Origin: Mustelus asterias
Taxonomy: Eukaryota
NCBI RefSeq assembly: GCF_964213995.1
Contig: NW_027590137.1
Coordinates: 372,001-436,000, forward strand
DNA length: 64,000 nt
Direction: 5' to 3'
The notes under the pieces are model-generated. The model was not told the DNA's origin and searched no databases. It worked only from the letters and a program-made list of their open reading frames with translations. The stretch's first letter is position 1, and each line of letters starts with the position of its first letter. A program made the position numbers and the translations under genes. Shown piece by piece: positions 1-13,075 of the stretch.

Positions 1-57
1 AATGTGAATCTGTGCATGTGTTCTTTGTGTGGACGAGGCTTCAACTAATCACCCAAT

Positions 58-591
58 ATGGAGAGACATGATGATACTGACATCATAGAGAAACCGTGGA
101 TATGTGGGGACTGTGGGAAAGCATTCACTTGCCCATCCAAACTGGAAACTCATCGACGCACCCACACAGGGGAGAGACCCTTCACGTGTCCCGTGTGTTG
201 GAAGGAATTTACTCAATCATCCTGCCTAACATTACACCAGCGAGTTCACACTGGAGAGAGACCATACACTTGCTCTGTGTGTGGGAAGGGATTCGTCCAG
301 ATGGATAACCTACAATTACACAGGAGAGTTCACACTGGGGAGAGGCCGTTCACCTGCTCCGTGTGTGGGAAGCGATTCATTAATTCATCCAACCTTGTGA
401 CACACCAGCGAGTTCACACTGAGGAGAGGCCGTTCAGCTGCACTGACTGTGGAAAGAGCTTCAGACATTCATCCAGCCTCAAAGCTCATCAGCGACTTCA
501 CACTGGGGAGAGACCATTCACCTGCTCAGAGTGTGGGAAGGGATTCACTACCTCCTCCCACCTGGTGACACACCAGCGACTTCACGAGTGA
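58..591 (+). CDS. C2H2 zinc-finger protein, 6 fingers
   Basis: ORF with six CxxC-x12-HxxxH fingers and TGERPF linkers. The usual MEKPW start reads IEKPW (ATA) here and an ATG 9 codons upstream opens the ORF. Upstream exons lie outside the window. Confidence 0.85.
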   Translation: MERHDDTDIIEKPWICGDCGKAFTCPSKLETHRRTHTGERPFTCPVCWKEFTQSSCLTLHQRVHTGERPYTCSVCGKGFVQMDNLQLHRRVHTGERPFTCSVCGKRFINSSNLVTHQRVHTEERPFSCTDCGKSFRHSSSLKAHQRLHTGERPFTCSECGKGFTTSSHLVTHQRLHE

Positions 592-809
592 GTGCAGGGA
601 GTGGATTCTGCTGTAGCTGCTGCTGTTAATCACATCCAGGAGTGAGCCACATTCATTGACATTTGAGGTTTGTTTCTGCTGATGTTAATAATCCCTGTAG
701 GTGGGCTGCAGGTTAATATTCTCGATCTAGAGCTGTGTGTGTTTTTGGGGTTGCAGTTTCCTGTTAAGAACCACTGTCTGTGATCTTTCTGCATCATTCA
801 GGAACTCTC

Positions 810-1190
810 ATCACAGATTCTTTACAGTACAGAAAGAGGCCATTCAGCCCATCAAATCTGCACTGGCGCACTGAAAGAGCCGAATCCCATTCCTCTGCCA
901 TTCCCCTGTAACCTTGCACACTCTTTCTTTTCAGATAACAATCCAATTCTCTTTTGAGTACCTTGATCAAACCTGCCTCCACTGCCTTCACAGGAAGTTT
1001 ATTCCAGACTCCAACCACCCACTAGGTGAAAATAATTTTCCTCACATCACTTTGACTCTGTTTTCCCCATTAAGGTAGGTCTGTGCCCTCTAGTTCTTGA
1101 TGTTCTCTTGGTGGGAACATTTTCTCACTATTTCACCTGCCCAACTCCTCAGGATCTTGAGTACCTGTATCAATCTCCTCTCGACCATCT
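810..1190 (-). mobile_element. Degenerate CR1 LINE 3' end
   Basis: Translation VGVWNKLPVKAVEAG...KRELDCYL matches the C-terminus of the CR1 ORF2 copies elsewhere in the window. Confidence 0.7.
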
Positions 1191-2005
1191 TCAATCAGAC
1201 AATTAACATTTATTTATTCAGATGTTAACCTCTAACTGACCTGGAATTTAATATTCTGACATCTGTTAAATAAATCAGCTTTGTTTCAAACACACGGTGT
1301 GTTAAATCCTTGATTTCTCGAGGATAAGAGATTAATTGATGTCCTGTTACTGACTTCTGTTCTTTGGTTCTTTTCTCCTTTTAACTCCAGATTATTTCAG
1401 TCTCAGACCTCGAGTTACACTGATTTTTTAAAATTTGATTTATTATTGTCACATGTATTAGCATAAAGTGAAAAGTATTGTTTCTCATCATGGACAAGTC
1501 CCAGCTCCCTATACCTTCCAGAATGTCTCTCTCAGCCTTGAGATCCAGGGAAGTTTTCAGTATTTAAAAACAGAAAATACTGAAAATTATAATCCATACT
1601 TTTCCAAGTGTCAGTTGATTGTGTCCCAGATTATTGGCTTTTCCCCAACGCTGATGTTAAGCTGATTGTTCTGTAATTGCTGTGTTTTTGAACAGGGATG
1701 TAACATTTACATTCTCTGTCCTTTGTCACCACAACTCTATGAGAAGGATTGGAAGATTGTGGCCAGAGCCTCCACAAGCTCCATGTGAAGGACACTATGA
1801 GTCAGAGTGCAGCAGTCCCTCAATGTCAGACTGCAGTGTCAGCCTAGATAATGTGCTCAGCTTGATGAGTATTTCCTGTTGTTATTGATGTGGATCATTC
1901 AGAAACAATGGACTCTGATGATGTCATCCAGTCCTGCTGCGATGATGTCATAGAGACTATTACATCACAGCGGAGCCTTAGTAGTGAAAACAGTTTTGTT
2001 CCAGA

Positions 2006-2465
2006 TGGGAGGTGATGGCCCAATGGTATTATCCCTAGACTTAATCCATAAACTCAGCTAATGTTCTGGGGACCGGGTTCAAATCCCACCACAGCAAGTG
2101 GTGTAATTTGAACAAAGAACAAGAAAAAAGAAAATTATAGCACAGGAACAGGCTCTTGGCCCTCCAAGCCTGCACTGATTATGCTGTCCGTCTGAACTAA
2201 AAAGGCCTCCGGGGACCATATCCCTCTATTCCCATTTTATTCATGCATTTGTCCAGGTGTCCCTTAAAACTCACTATCATATCTGCTTCCACTACCTCCC
2301 CCGGCAGCGAGTTCCAGGCACCTGCCACTCTTTGTAAAAAAAAACTTGCCTCGTACATTTAATTCAATAAAAATAATTGAATTCAATAAAAAAAATCAGA
2401 ATTAAGAATCTACTGCTGACCATGAAACCATTGTCAATTGTCAGAAAAAAACCATTTGGTTCAGT
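2006..2465 (+). mobile_element. 5' part of a tRNA-derived (DeuSINE/SacSINE1-like) SINE, interrupted by a CR1 tail (~2111-2358); continues at 5622-5820
   Basis: B-box-like GGTTCAAATCCC. The body resumes after about 3.2 kb of insertions (GAAGGAAATCTG...TGTGACTCCAGA...GGGCAATAAATGC...poly-A). Confidence 0.55.
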
Positions 2466-2748
2466 AAAGCAAAAAGTAAAGTTTATTTATTAGTCACAAG
2501 TAGGCTCACGTTAACAGTGCAGTGAAGTTACTGTGAAATTCCCCTGGTTGCCACACTCCGGCATTTGTTCGAGTCAATGTACCGGACCAGCATGTCTTTC
2601 AGACTGTGGGAGGAAACCGGAGCACCCGGAGGAAACCCACGCAGACATGCAGAGAACATGCAAACTCAACACAGACAGTGACCCAAGCTGGGAATTGAAC
2701 CTGGGTCCCTGGCGCTGTGAGGCAACAGTGTTAACCACTGTGCCACCC
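2466..2748 (-). mobile_element. tRNA-derived SINE (V-SINE/HE1-like)
   Basis: Core GGGAGGAAACCGGAGCACCCGGAGGAAACCCACGCAGACA, with A/B boxes on the minus strand. Further copies at about 20770-21100, 21770-21960, 23710-23930, 40945-41245, 41475-41790, 46335-46615 and 55890-56175. Confidence 0.8.
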
Positions 2749-5621
2749 CATGAACAAAGAACAGTACAGCACAGGAAACAGGCCCTTCGGCCCTCCAAGC
2801 CTGTGCCGCTCCTTGGTCCAACTAGACTAATCGTTTGTATCCCTCCATTCCCAGGCTGCTCATGTGACTATCCAAGTAAGTCTTAAACGATGTCAGCGTG
2901 CCTGCCTCCACCACCCTACTTGGCAGCGCATTCCAGGCCCCCACCACCCTCTGTGTAAAAAATGTCCTCTGATGTCTGAGTTATACTTCGCCCCTCTCAG
3001 CTTGAGCCCGTGACCCCTCGTGATCGTCACCTCCGACCTGGGAAAAAGCTTCTGATCTGGGAAAAAGCTTCCCACTGTTCACCCTATCTATACCCTTCAT
3101 AATCTTGTATACCTCTATTAGATCTCCCCTCATTCTCCGTCTTTCCAAGGAGAACAACCCCAGTCTACCCAATCTCTCCTCATAGCTAAGACCCTCCATA
3201 CCAGGCAACATCCTGGTAAACCTTCTCTGCACTCTCTCCAATGCCTCCACGTCCTTCTGGTAGTGCGGCGACCAGAACTGGATGCAGTACTCCAAATGTG
3301 GCCTAACCAGCGTTCTATACAGCTGCATCATCAGACTCCAGCTTTTATACTCTATACCCCGTCCTATAAAGGCATCGAGCATGTGGACATAAAGAAAGAG
3401 GATGTGTTGGAACTATTGAATGGCATCAAGGTTGGTAAGTCGCCGGGACCGGATGGGATGTACCCCAGGTTACTGTGGGAGGCGAGGGAGGAGATTGCGG
3501 AGCCTTTGGCGATGATCTTTGCATCGTCGATGGAGACGGGAGAGGTTCCGGAGGATTGGAGGATTGCGGATGTGGTCCCTATATTCAAGAAAGGGAACAG
3601 GGACAGCCCGGGAAATTACCGACCGGTGAGTCTAACCTCAGTGGTTGGTAAGTTGATGGAGAGGATCCTGAGAGACAGGATTTATGATCATCTAGAGAAG
3701 TTTAGTATGATCAAAAGTAGTCAGCACGGCTTTGTCAGGGGCAGGTCGTGCCTTACGAGCCTGGTTGAGTTCTTTGAAAATGTGACCAAGCACATTGACG
3801 AAGGAAGAGCGGTGGATGTGGTCTATATGGACTTCAGCAAAGCGTTCGATAAGGTCCCCCATGCAAGACTTCTTGAGAAAGTGAGAGGGCATGGGATCCA
3901 AGGGGCTGTTGCCTTGTGGATCCAGAACTGGCTTGCCTGCAGAAGGCAGAGAGTGGCTGTGGAGGGGTCTTTCTCTGCATGGAGGTCAGTGACCAGTGGA
4001 GTGCCCCAGGGATCTGTTCTGGGACCCTTGCTGTTTGTCATTTTCATAAATGACCTGGATGAGGAAGTGGAGGGATGGGTTGGTAAGTTTGCTGACGACA
4101 CCAAGGTAGGTGGTGTTGTGGATAGTTTGGAGGGATGTCAGAAGTTGCAGCGAGACATAGATAGAATGCAAGACTGGGCGGAGAAGTGGCAGATGGACTT
4201 CAACCCGGATAAGTGTGTAGTGATCCATTTTGGCAGATCCAATGGGATGGAGCAGCAGTATAAAATGAAGGGTACCATTCTTAGCAGTGTAGAGGATCAG
4301 AAGGACCTTGGGGTCCGGGTCCATAGGACTCTTAAATCGGCCTCGCAGGTGGAGGATGCGGTCAAGAAGGCGTATGGCGTACTAGCCTTCATTAATCGAG
4401 GGATTGAGTTTAGGAGTCGGGAGATAATGCTGCAGCTTTATAGGACCCTGGTTAGACCCCACTTGGAGTACTGCGCGCAGTTCTGGTCACCTCATTACAG
4501 GAAAGATGTTGAAGCCATTGAAAGGGTGCAGAGGAGATTTACAAGGATGTTGCCTGGATTGGGGGGCATGCCTTATGAGGATAGGTTGAGGGAGCTTGGT
4601 CTCTTCTCCCTGGAGAGACGAAGGATGAGAGGTGACCTGATAGAGGTTTACAAGATGTTGAGGGGTCTGGATAGGGTGGACTCTCAGAGGCTATTTCCAA
4701 GGGCTGAAATGGTTGCTACGAGAGGACACAGGTTTAAGGTGCTGGGGGGTAGGTACAGGGGGGATGTCAGGGGTAAGTTTTTCACTCAGAGGGTGGTGGG
4801 TGAGTGGAATCGGCTGACGTCGGTGGTGGTGGAGGCAAACTCGTTGGGGTCTTTTAAGAGACTTCTGGATGAGTACATGGGATTTAATGGGATTGAGGGC
4901 TATAGATAGGCCTAGAGGTGGGGATGTGATCGGCGCAACTTGTGGGCCGAAGGGCCTGTTTGTGCTGTGACTTTCTATGTTCTATGTTCTATACCATATG
5001 CCTTCTTCATCACCTTCTCCACCTGTGTTGCCACCTTCAAGGATTTGTGGACTTGCACACCTAGGTCCCTGTGTTTCTATACTCCTGATGACTCTGCCAT
5101 TTATTGTATAACTCCTCCCTACATTATTTCTTCCAAAATGCATCACTTCGCATTTATCCGGATTAAACTCCATCTGCCACCTCTCCGCCCAATTTTCCAG
5201 CCTATCTATATCCTGCTGTATTGCCCGACAATGCTCTTCGCTATCCGCAATTCCAGCCATCTTCGTGTCATCCGCAAACTTGCTGATTACACCAGTTACA
5301 CCTTCTTCCAAATCATTTATATATATCACAAATAGCAGAGGTCCCAGTACAGAGCCCTGCGGAACACCACTGGTCACAGACCTCCAGCCGGAAAAAGACC
5401 CTTCGACCACTACCCTCTGTCTCCTATGGCCAAGCCAGTTCTCCACCCATCTAGCCACTTCTCCTTGTATCCCATGAGCCTTAACCTTCTTAACCAACCT
5501 GCCATGTGGGACTTTGTCAAATGCCTTACTGAAATCCATATAGACGACATCCACGGCCCTTCCTTCATCAACCGTTTTTGTCACTTCCTCAAAAAACTCC
5601 ACCAAATTTGTAAGGCACGAC
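2749..5621 (-). mobile_element. 5'-truncated CR1 LINE split by a younger CR1 (pieces about 2749-3374 and 4991-5621)
   Basis: ORFs 4982..5605 ([14 protein letters not shown]) and 2981..3382 (RPHLEYC...RRMRGDLIEVYK) are consecutive parts of one RT ORF. Confidence 0.85.
3375..4992 (+). mobile_element. Young 5'-truncated CR1 LINE with an uninterrupted RT-to-C-terminus ORF (ends at 4909)
   Basis: [39 protein letters not shown] and FADD motifs; 3' tail of (TTCTATG)n. Confidence 0.92.
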
Positions 5622-5954
5622 CTGAATGTCCGTTTGGGGAAGGAAATCTGCTGTCCTTACCTGTCTGGCCTACATGTGACTCCAGAGCCATAGCAATGTG
5701 GTTGACTGTCAACTGCCCTCTGAAATGGCCCAGTGAGCCACTCAGTTCGATGGTAACTGGGGATGGGCAATAAATGCCGGCCATGCAGTGACGCCCATGT
5801 CCCTCAAATGCATAAAAAAATCCTCAGAGTTTAAATTCACACAGCCATTCTGTCTCCTTTTGTAATTACCACTCACTTCACCCGTTTAAAAAAATGGACG
5901 TCAATGAACATAATTCATTCCTGGATGTGATTTACAGTAAAATCCAGTCACTGA

Positions 5955-6992
5955 TTATTTGTGAACTCGCTGGTGACTCATCAGGGTGGATGAGCGAGCG
6001 AATCTCTTCCCACACACGAAGCAGGTGAATGGTCTCTCCCCAGTGTGAATTCGCTGGTGTCTCTGCAGGGTGGCTGATTGAATGAATCCTTTCTCACACT
6101 GCAAACAGATGAACGGCTTCTCCCCAGTGTGAACCCGCTGGTGTGCAGTCAGTTGACATAATTGTCTGAACCCAGTCCCGCAGTGAGAGCACCTGAACGG
6201 TCTCTCGTCAGTGTGAACAAGCTGATGGCGCATCAGGTCCACAGAACCTTTATAGCATTTCTCACAGTCAGCACATTTAAAAGGTCTCTCGTCAGTGTGA
6301 ACTTGCTGGTGTTTCAGCAGAGTGGACGAATCGCTGAATCCCTTCCCACATTTGGAGCAGGTGAATGTTCTCTCCCCTGTGTGAACTCGATGGTGTTGTA
6401 GAAGCCCTGATGATCGAGTGAATCTCTTCCCACATTTGAAACAGATGAACGGCTTCTCCCCAGTGTGAATTCGCTGATGTGCAGTGAGTTCAGATGATTG
6501 TCTGAACCCAGTCTCACAGTGAGAGCATCTGAAGGGTCTCTCGTCAGTGTGAACAAGCTGATGTTGCATTAGATTCTGAGAACTTTTATAGCACTTCCCA
6601 CAGTCCAGGCATTTAAATGGTCTCTCATCAGTGTGAACTTGCTGATGTTTCAGCAGAGTGGATGAATCAGTAAATCCCTTCCCACACTTGGAGCAGGTGA
6701 ATGGCCTCTCCCCAGTGTGAACTCGGTGGTGTTGTTGCAGCCCAGATGATCGAGTGAATCCCTTCCCACACTCGGGACAGGTGAATGGCTTCTGCCCATT
6801 ATGAACACGCTGGTGCCTCAACAGGTTGGATGACCAAGTGAATCCCTTCCCACACTCGGGGCAGGTGAATGGCCTCTCCCCAGTGTGACAGGGCTGATGA
6901 GTTTCCAGCTCAGACAGGGATCTGAATCCCTGCTCACAGTCCCCAGATTTCCACGGTTTATCTACACTGTGAACATTGCTGTTTTCTTGCAT
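5955..6992 (-). CDS. C2H2 zinc-finger protein, 12 fingers (first degenerate)
   Basis: Part of ORF 5955..7241. Candidate splice acceptor at 7075-7076; first in-exon ATG at 6992 (MQENSNVH). The true start could lie in an upstream exon. Confidence 0.85.
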   Translation of the reverse strand: MQENSNVHSVDKPWKSGDCEQGFRSLSELETHQPCHTGERPFTCPECGKGFTWSSNLLRHQRVHNGQKPFTCPECGKGFTRSSGLQQHHRVHTGERPFTCSKCGKGFTDSSTLLKHQQVHTDERPFKCLDCGKCYKSSQNLMQHQLVHTDERPFRCSHCETGFRQSSELTAHQRIHTGEKPFICFKCGKRFTRSSGLLQHHRVHTGERTFTCSKCGKGFSDSSTLLKHQQVHTDERPFKCADCEKCYKGSVDLMRHQLVHTDERPFRCSHCGTGFRQLCQLTAHQRVHTGEKPFICLQCEKGFIQSATLQRHQRIHTGERPFTCFVCGKRFARSSTLMSHQRVHK

Positions 6993-7496
6993 GTTAAAAA
7001 CCCGATGATATTCAGATCCTGATGTGATGTTTGGTTTCAGTTTCCCTGACTGCAAATCTTTCCCTTCTAACGCCCTGTGAAATTGATTTAAAACAGAAAA
7101 AAGGGAGTGAGAGAGAACTCTCAAAAACAGAAAGGCAGGTTGTGAAATTGAGCTGGTTTTAGTGCCAATTTCCCACCCCCTCCCCGAATCCTTTGATTCC
7201 CTGAAAGATCTCTCCAGCTCTGGGCTAGAATTTTCCTCCATTTTAATCCTGGGAAAACTGCAGTTATTGTCACCGCTCTCTGCTACAAATTCTACCCATT
7301 GACTCCATCCCTCTCCTCAGAAACTGTCCGAGACTGAGCCAGACTGTTCACAACCAGAGCAAAATATTTCACCCAACCTGAGAATCTGACCACAAATCCA
7401 CATCATTACCAAGACCAGCTCCACCTCAGTAACATCACCCAACTCCAGTCTCCTCTCAGTTCATCTGCTGCTGAAACCGTCACCCATTCCTTTGTT

Positions 7497-10037
7497 TTGA
7501 TTTATTATTGTCACATGTATTAGTATACAGTGAAAAGTATTGTTTCCTGCGTGCTATACAGACAAAGCATACCGTTCATAGAGAAGGAAACAAGACTGTA
7601 ATGCTACAGTCATAGCTAGGGTGTAGAGAAAGATCAACTTAATGCAAGGTAGGTCCATTCAAAAGTCTGATGGCAGCAGGGAAGAAGCTGTCCTTGAGTT
7701 GGTTGGTACGTGACCTCAGACTTTTGTATCTTTTTCCCGACGGGAGAGAGAATGTCCGCGGTGCATGCGGTCCTTAATTATGCTGGCTGCTTTAGCGAGG
7801 CAGCAGGAAGTGTAGACAGAGTCAATGGATGGGACGCTGGTTTGCGTGATGGATTGGGCTCCATTCACGACCTTCTGTAGTTCCTTTGCGGTCTTGGGCA
7901 GAGCAGGAGCTATACCAAGCTGATGCTAATGCTTTCTATGGTGCATCTGTAAAGGTTGGTGAGAATCGTAGCGAACATGCCAAATGTCATAGTCATACAG
8001 GTTTACAGCATGGAAACAGGCCCTTCGGCCCAACTTGTCCATGCTGCCCTTTTTTGAAACCCCTAAGCTCGTCCCAATTGTCTGCATTTGGCCCTCATCC
8101 CTCTGTACCCATCTTACCCATGTAACTGTCTAAACGTTTTTTAAAAGACAAAATTGTACACGCCTCTACTACTACCTCTGGCAGCTTGTTCCACACACTC
8201 ACCACCCTCTGCGTGAAAAACATTGCCCCTCTGGATCCTTTTTGTATCTCTCTCCTCTCACCTTAAACCTATGCCCTCTAGTTTTAGACTCCCCTACTTT
8301 GGGAAAAGATATTGACTATCTAGCTCATCTATGCCTCTCATTATTTTATAGACCTCTATAAGATCACCCCTCAGCCTTCTACGCGCCAGAGAAAAAAAGT
8401 CCCAGTCTATCCATCCTCTCCTTATAACTCAAACCATCAAGTCCCGGTAGCATCCTAGTAAATGTCTTCTGCACTCTTTCTAGTTTAATAACATCCTTTC
8501 TATAATCGGGTGACCAGGACTGAACACAATATTCCAAGTGTGGCCTTACCAATGTCTTGTACAACTTCAACAACTCCTGTATTCAATGTTCTGACCAATG
8601 AAACCAAGCATGCTGAATGCCTTCTTCACCACTCTGTCCACCTGTGACTCCACTGTCAATGAGCTGTGAACCTGTACCCCGAGATGTCTTTGTTCTGTAT
8701 CTCTCCCCAATGGCCTACCATTAACTGTGTAAGTCCTGCCCTGGTTCAATCTACCAAAATGCAATACCTCGCATTTATCTAAATTAAACTCCATCTGCCA
8801 TTCGTCAGCTCACTGACCTAATTGATCAAGATCCTGTTGCAATCCGAGATAACCTTCTTCAATGTCCACTATGCCACCAATCTTGGTGTCATCTGCAAAC
8901 TTACAAACCATGCCTCCAAAATTCTCATCCAAATCATTAATATAAATGACAAATATCAGTGGACCCAGCACCGATCCCTGAGGCACACCGCTGGTCACAG
9001 GTCTCCAGTTTGAAAAACAACCCTCTACAACTACCCTCTGGCTTCTGTCATCAAGCCAATTTTGTATCCATTTAGCTACCTCACCCTGGATCCCGTGAGA
9101 TTTTCCTTAGTCTTCTGAGAAATTAGAGGCGTTGGTGGGCTTTCTTAACTATAGTGTTGGCTTGAGGGGACCAGGACAGGTTGTTAATGATCTGGGCACC
9201 TAAAAACCTGAAGCTTTCGACCATTTTTACTTCATCCCCGTTGATGTAGACAGGGCACGTTCTCCATTATGTTTCCTTAAGTCGATGACAATCTCCTTCA
9301 TTTTGTTTACATTGAGGGAAAGATTATTGTTGTCACACCAGTTCACTAGATTCTCTATCTCATTCCTGTACTCTGTCTCGTCGTTGTTGGAGATGCGACC
9401 CACTACGGTGGTGTCACCAGCAAACCTGAAAATCGAGTTGGAGGGAAATTTGGCCACACAATCATAGGTGTATAAGGAGTATAGTAAGGGCTGAGAACAC
9501 AGCCTTGTGGGGCATCGGTGTTGAGGATGATCGTGGAGGTGTTGTTATCTATCCTTACTGATTGTGGTCTGTGGGTTAGGAAGTTCAGCATCCAGTCGCA
9601 GAGGGAGGAGCCGAGCCCAGGCCACGGAGTTTGGAGATGAGTTTCGTGGGAATAATGATGTTGAAGGCTGAACTGTAGTCAATAAATAGGAGTCTGACAT
9701 CGCTGTCTTTGTAATCTCGATGTTCCAGGGTTGAGTACAGGGCCAGGGAATTGGCATCTGCTGTGGACGTGTTGGGTGGTAGGCGAACTGTAGTGGATCC
9801 AGGCAGTCCGAGAGGCTGGAATTGATTAGTGCCATGACTAACCTTTCGAAGCACTTCATAATGATGGATGTTAAACCCACCGGACGATAGTCATTAAGGC
9901 ACGCTGCTTGGCTTTTCTTTGGTACCGGGATGATGGTCATCTTCTTGAAGCAGATAGGGACCTCAGATTGTTGTAAAGAGAGGTTGATGATGTCGGCGAA
10001 TAGCCCCGTCAGCTGGTCCGTGCAGGATCTGAGTGCT
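7497..10037 (-). mobile_element. Rex1/Babar LINE fragment interrupted by CR1
   Basis: IIPVPKK...[35 protein letters not shown] and PQGCVLSP motifs. CATGCCAAAT (7985) joins TTTCCTTAGTCTTCTGAG (9102), as in the uninterrupted copy at about 28001. Confidence 0.85.
7986..9101 (-). mobile_element. 5'-truncated CR1 nested in Rex1
   Basis: Frameshifted RT pieces ([21 protein letters not shown]) in ORFs 8379-8998. Confidence 0.85.
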
Positions 10038-11184
10038 TGTTACCATTAGACTTAATAATTCTAACACACCCCTGGCCGGTCTCCCTCACTCAACCTGTCT
10101 ATTAACTTGAGGTCATCACAATTCTGCTGCCCACGTGTTTATTCATTCCAAACCTTGTTCACCCACCACCCCTGTGCTACAAAGGCTCCTGTTTACGAAT
10201 CAACATTTTAAATTTCTCATCCTTGTTCTCAAGTACCTCCGTGGTTTCACCCCTCCCTATCTCTGTAATCTCCTCTCGCCTCACAACCCTCCAATATCTC
10301 TGCATTCCTTTCATTCCGGCTTCCTCAGCATTCAGTTTTAATCACTCCATCATACGTGTCCGCACTCCCAGTTACCAAGGCCATAATCTTTGGAATTTCC
10401 CCCTAAACTGCTCCCCCTCTCTATCATCCTTCCCCCCTTTAAGATACTCATTAAAACTACCTCTTTAACCAAGCCTTTACCCATCCACCCTTATGTCTGC
10501 TCACATGACTCTATGTCAAATGTTGCTTTATAACACACCTGAGAAACGCCTCAGAATGCTCCAGTACATGAATAGCCTGTAACTCCTGACCTAAAGGGGA
10601 GCACCTTCACCACATGGACTGCAGCTGATCAAGAAGATAAAACATAATCTTCTCCACAGGTAATTGGGGATGGGAAATATTTTCTGTTGGTCTTGTTAGT
10701 GAAAAGACAGGGTAGTGGGATGAGCTGATTTCCTTGCAGAGAACCAGCACATGCGTGACTGGTTAGTCATTTTCTGTAGTGCAATAATTCTAATGTTTCT
10801 GTGGCTTAATGGAAAGGGACCAATTCTGGAGGCCAGGAACTAACTTCTGGAATCAATGCCCACTGCCTCCTATAGAGGTGGCGGCTGCACATGTGTCCTG
10901 TTGCCCATTGCCCCCTATAAAGATGGCCACCGCCCTGCTGTCCATTGCCCTCTCTGAACTTCCTCACTCCCTGTCACTCTGTGATCCTTGTGAAATCTGA
11001 AACCAGGTATTCGCAACAAGACTCAAAGAGCATCAGCCCACTGGGGGCAAAGTCATGAGACCGGCCAATCCAGCAGAAAGAAACCCTCCGCCCCTCCCCA
11101 TTGACCAACTATGAGAATGAACAAAATGCAGTCCTGGGTGTAACTGAGAGCAGAAACAATAACAGCAGAATCCAACCCCTGGAA

Positions 11185-11859
11185 TCATTCATGAACTTTT
11201 TGGTGTCTCAGCAGCCGGGATGAAACTTTGAACCCCTTCCCACACTGAGAGCAGGTGAACGGCCTCTCCCCAGTGTGAACTCGCTGGTGTATCTGCAGGT
11301 CAGATAATTGACTGAACCCCTTCCCACACTGAGAGCAGGTGAACGGCCTCTCCCCAGTGTGAACTCGCTGGTGTCTACGCAGGGTGGATAAATCAGTGAA
11401 TCCCTTCCCACACTGAGAGCAGGTGAATGGCCTCTCCCCAGTGTGAACTCGCTGGTGTGTCAGCAGGCTGGATAACTGACTGAATCCCTTCTCACACTGA
11501 GAGCAGGTGAACGGCCTCTCCCCAGTGTGAACACGCAGGTGCATCTGCAGGTTAGATAATCGACTGAACCCTTTCCCACACTGAGGGCAGGTGAACGGTC
11601 TCTCCCCAGTGTGAACTCGCTGGTGTGCCTGCAGGCTGGATGACCGAGTGAATCCCTTCCCACACTGAGAGCAGGTGAAGGGCCTCTCCCCAGTGTGAGC
11701 TCGCTGGTGTCTCTGCAGCTGGGATACCCGAGTGAATCCCTCCCCACACTGAGAGCAAGTAAATGGTCTCTCCCCAGTGTGGCTGTGCCGATGATCTTCC
11801 AGCTCTGATGGGGCTCTGTATCTCTTCCCACAGTCCCCACATTTCCATGGTTTCTCCAT
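11185..11859 (-). CDS. C2H2 zinc-finger protein, 8 fingers
   Basis: ACCATGG start (MEKPWKC) at 11859, eight intact fingers, stop at 11185-11187. Confidence 0.9.
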   Translation of the reverse strand: MEKPWKCGDCGKRYRAPSELEDHRHSHTGERPFTCSQCGEGFTRVSQLQRHQRAHTGERPFTCSQCGKGFTRSSSLQAHQRVHTGERPFTCPQCGKGFSRLSNLQMHLRVHTGERPFTCSQCEKGFSQLSSLLTHQRVHTGERPFTCSQCGKGFTDLSTLRRHQRVHTGERPFTCSQCGKGFSQLSDLQIHQRVHTGERPFTCSQCGKGFKVSSRLLRHQKVHE

Positions 11860-12896
11860 GGTGCAGGTGTTCTTTCCTTTCTCTTCAGTTGAACACTCGT
11901 CCACACACAGAACAGTCCCCCCACCCCCGCTGTGAATGGTGTGATATTTATTGCTGTGTAACTGGTTAAAGCTCTTGAGTCAATACACTAGAACACACTC
12001 ACTCCAGTGTTGCAGCGTGTTGGCACTTTTCCAGTCACACTGATGTTTGAAATCTTTTCAAGTCACCAGACCGGACAACCATTTCTCCTTGATTTAAAGG
12101 CCGATGATATTCAGGTCCCGAGGAATATGACTCTGTCAGATCTAGACACAACGTCTGAGATTTCGGCCTGTGATTCCTCTTTCAGTATCCTGTAAAACAA
12201 GTTTGCAGAGGTCATCAGTGTCAGTGCAGGATAGAAATTCAGAACAGACAATTCTAATTTCTATGGAACATTCTTTCCTCTCTCCAGACTCGAAACATTG
12301 GCTCTATTCTCTCTCTATCTGGGGGATAGCGTGGGAAATGATGCTGCGGTAGATCAGCCAATTCTCAATGAATGGTTGAGGCAGTTCGATGGGCTGAATG
12401 GCCAACCGCAGCTCCTGTTTCTTATGATTTGTGTGTGGTGGACAGGAAGCAGTGAGCATGGATCTGTCAATCAGCCTCAATCAGCACCTTCAGGAGAATT
12501 GGGAGGGTGAATATTAGATACAGCAGAGTGAGAATGGAGGGAGAGTGTGTGGGATGGAGATTTACAGCTGTTGGGGAATGAGAGAGGAAAGAATGTTCAT
12601 TAGAATCATAGAATTCCTACATCTTATCAACTGTCCCTGATCCTTCACAATGAATCTCTCTTCTCAAGACACTCTTATCTCTGACTTGTCTGTTCTGCTC
12701 GCAGTCTCACAAAGCAGCTGCCTGTGTGCTGATACAAGGGGCCCTGCGAGGCAAGTTTAATGCTCCATGGCTGTGTCTTTAATGACTGAATAACTATAGG
12801 AATATGGTCAAGTCAGCTAAATCACATGATGCTTTATGTTTCGGTTAGTAACTGTCTATTTTGTTAACATAGCACATTTGGATATATAAATACATA

Positions 12897-13075
12897 TAAA
12901 AGCAAAATATTGCGGATGCTGGAATCTGAAACAAAAACAGAGAATGCTGGAAAATGTCAGCAGGTCTGACAGCATCTGTGGAGAGAGAATAGAGCCACAT
13001 TTAAAGTCTGGATGGCCCTTCATCAGAGTTCTGACAAAGGGTCATCCAGACTCGAAATGTTAGTCTATTCTCTCT
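12897..13075. mobile_element. Penelope-like terminal remnant (family 2), inverted arrangement, degenerate hammerhead core
   Basis: CTGAYRAAGGGTCATCCAGACTCGAAA motif in both orientations. Related remnants at about 20200-20320, 52580-52760, 54960-55050 and 63838-63930. Confidence 0.5.

Larger units (their letters stand above)
7330..10570 (+). mobile_element. Old L2-like LINE 3' region split by Rex1 (pieces about 7330-7496 and 10040-10570)
   Basis: The sequence ...GCTGAAACCGTCACCCATTCCTTTGTT continues after the insertion as TGTTACCATTAGACTT...CCTGGCCGGTCTCCC, which is L2-like. Confidence 0.55.

Noticed and set aside
6993-7241. N-terminal ~83 aa of ORF 5955..7241
   Set aside because: Most of it crosses a polypyrimidine tract and AG acceptor (7075-7076), so it is probably intron.
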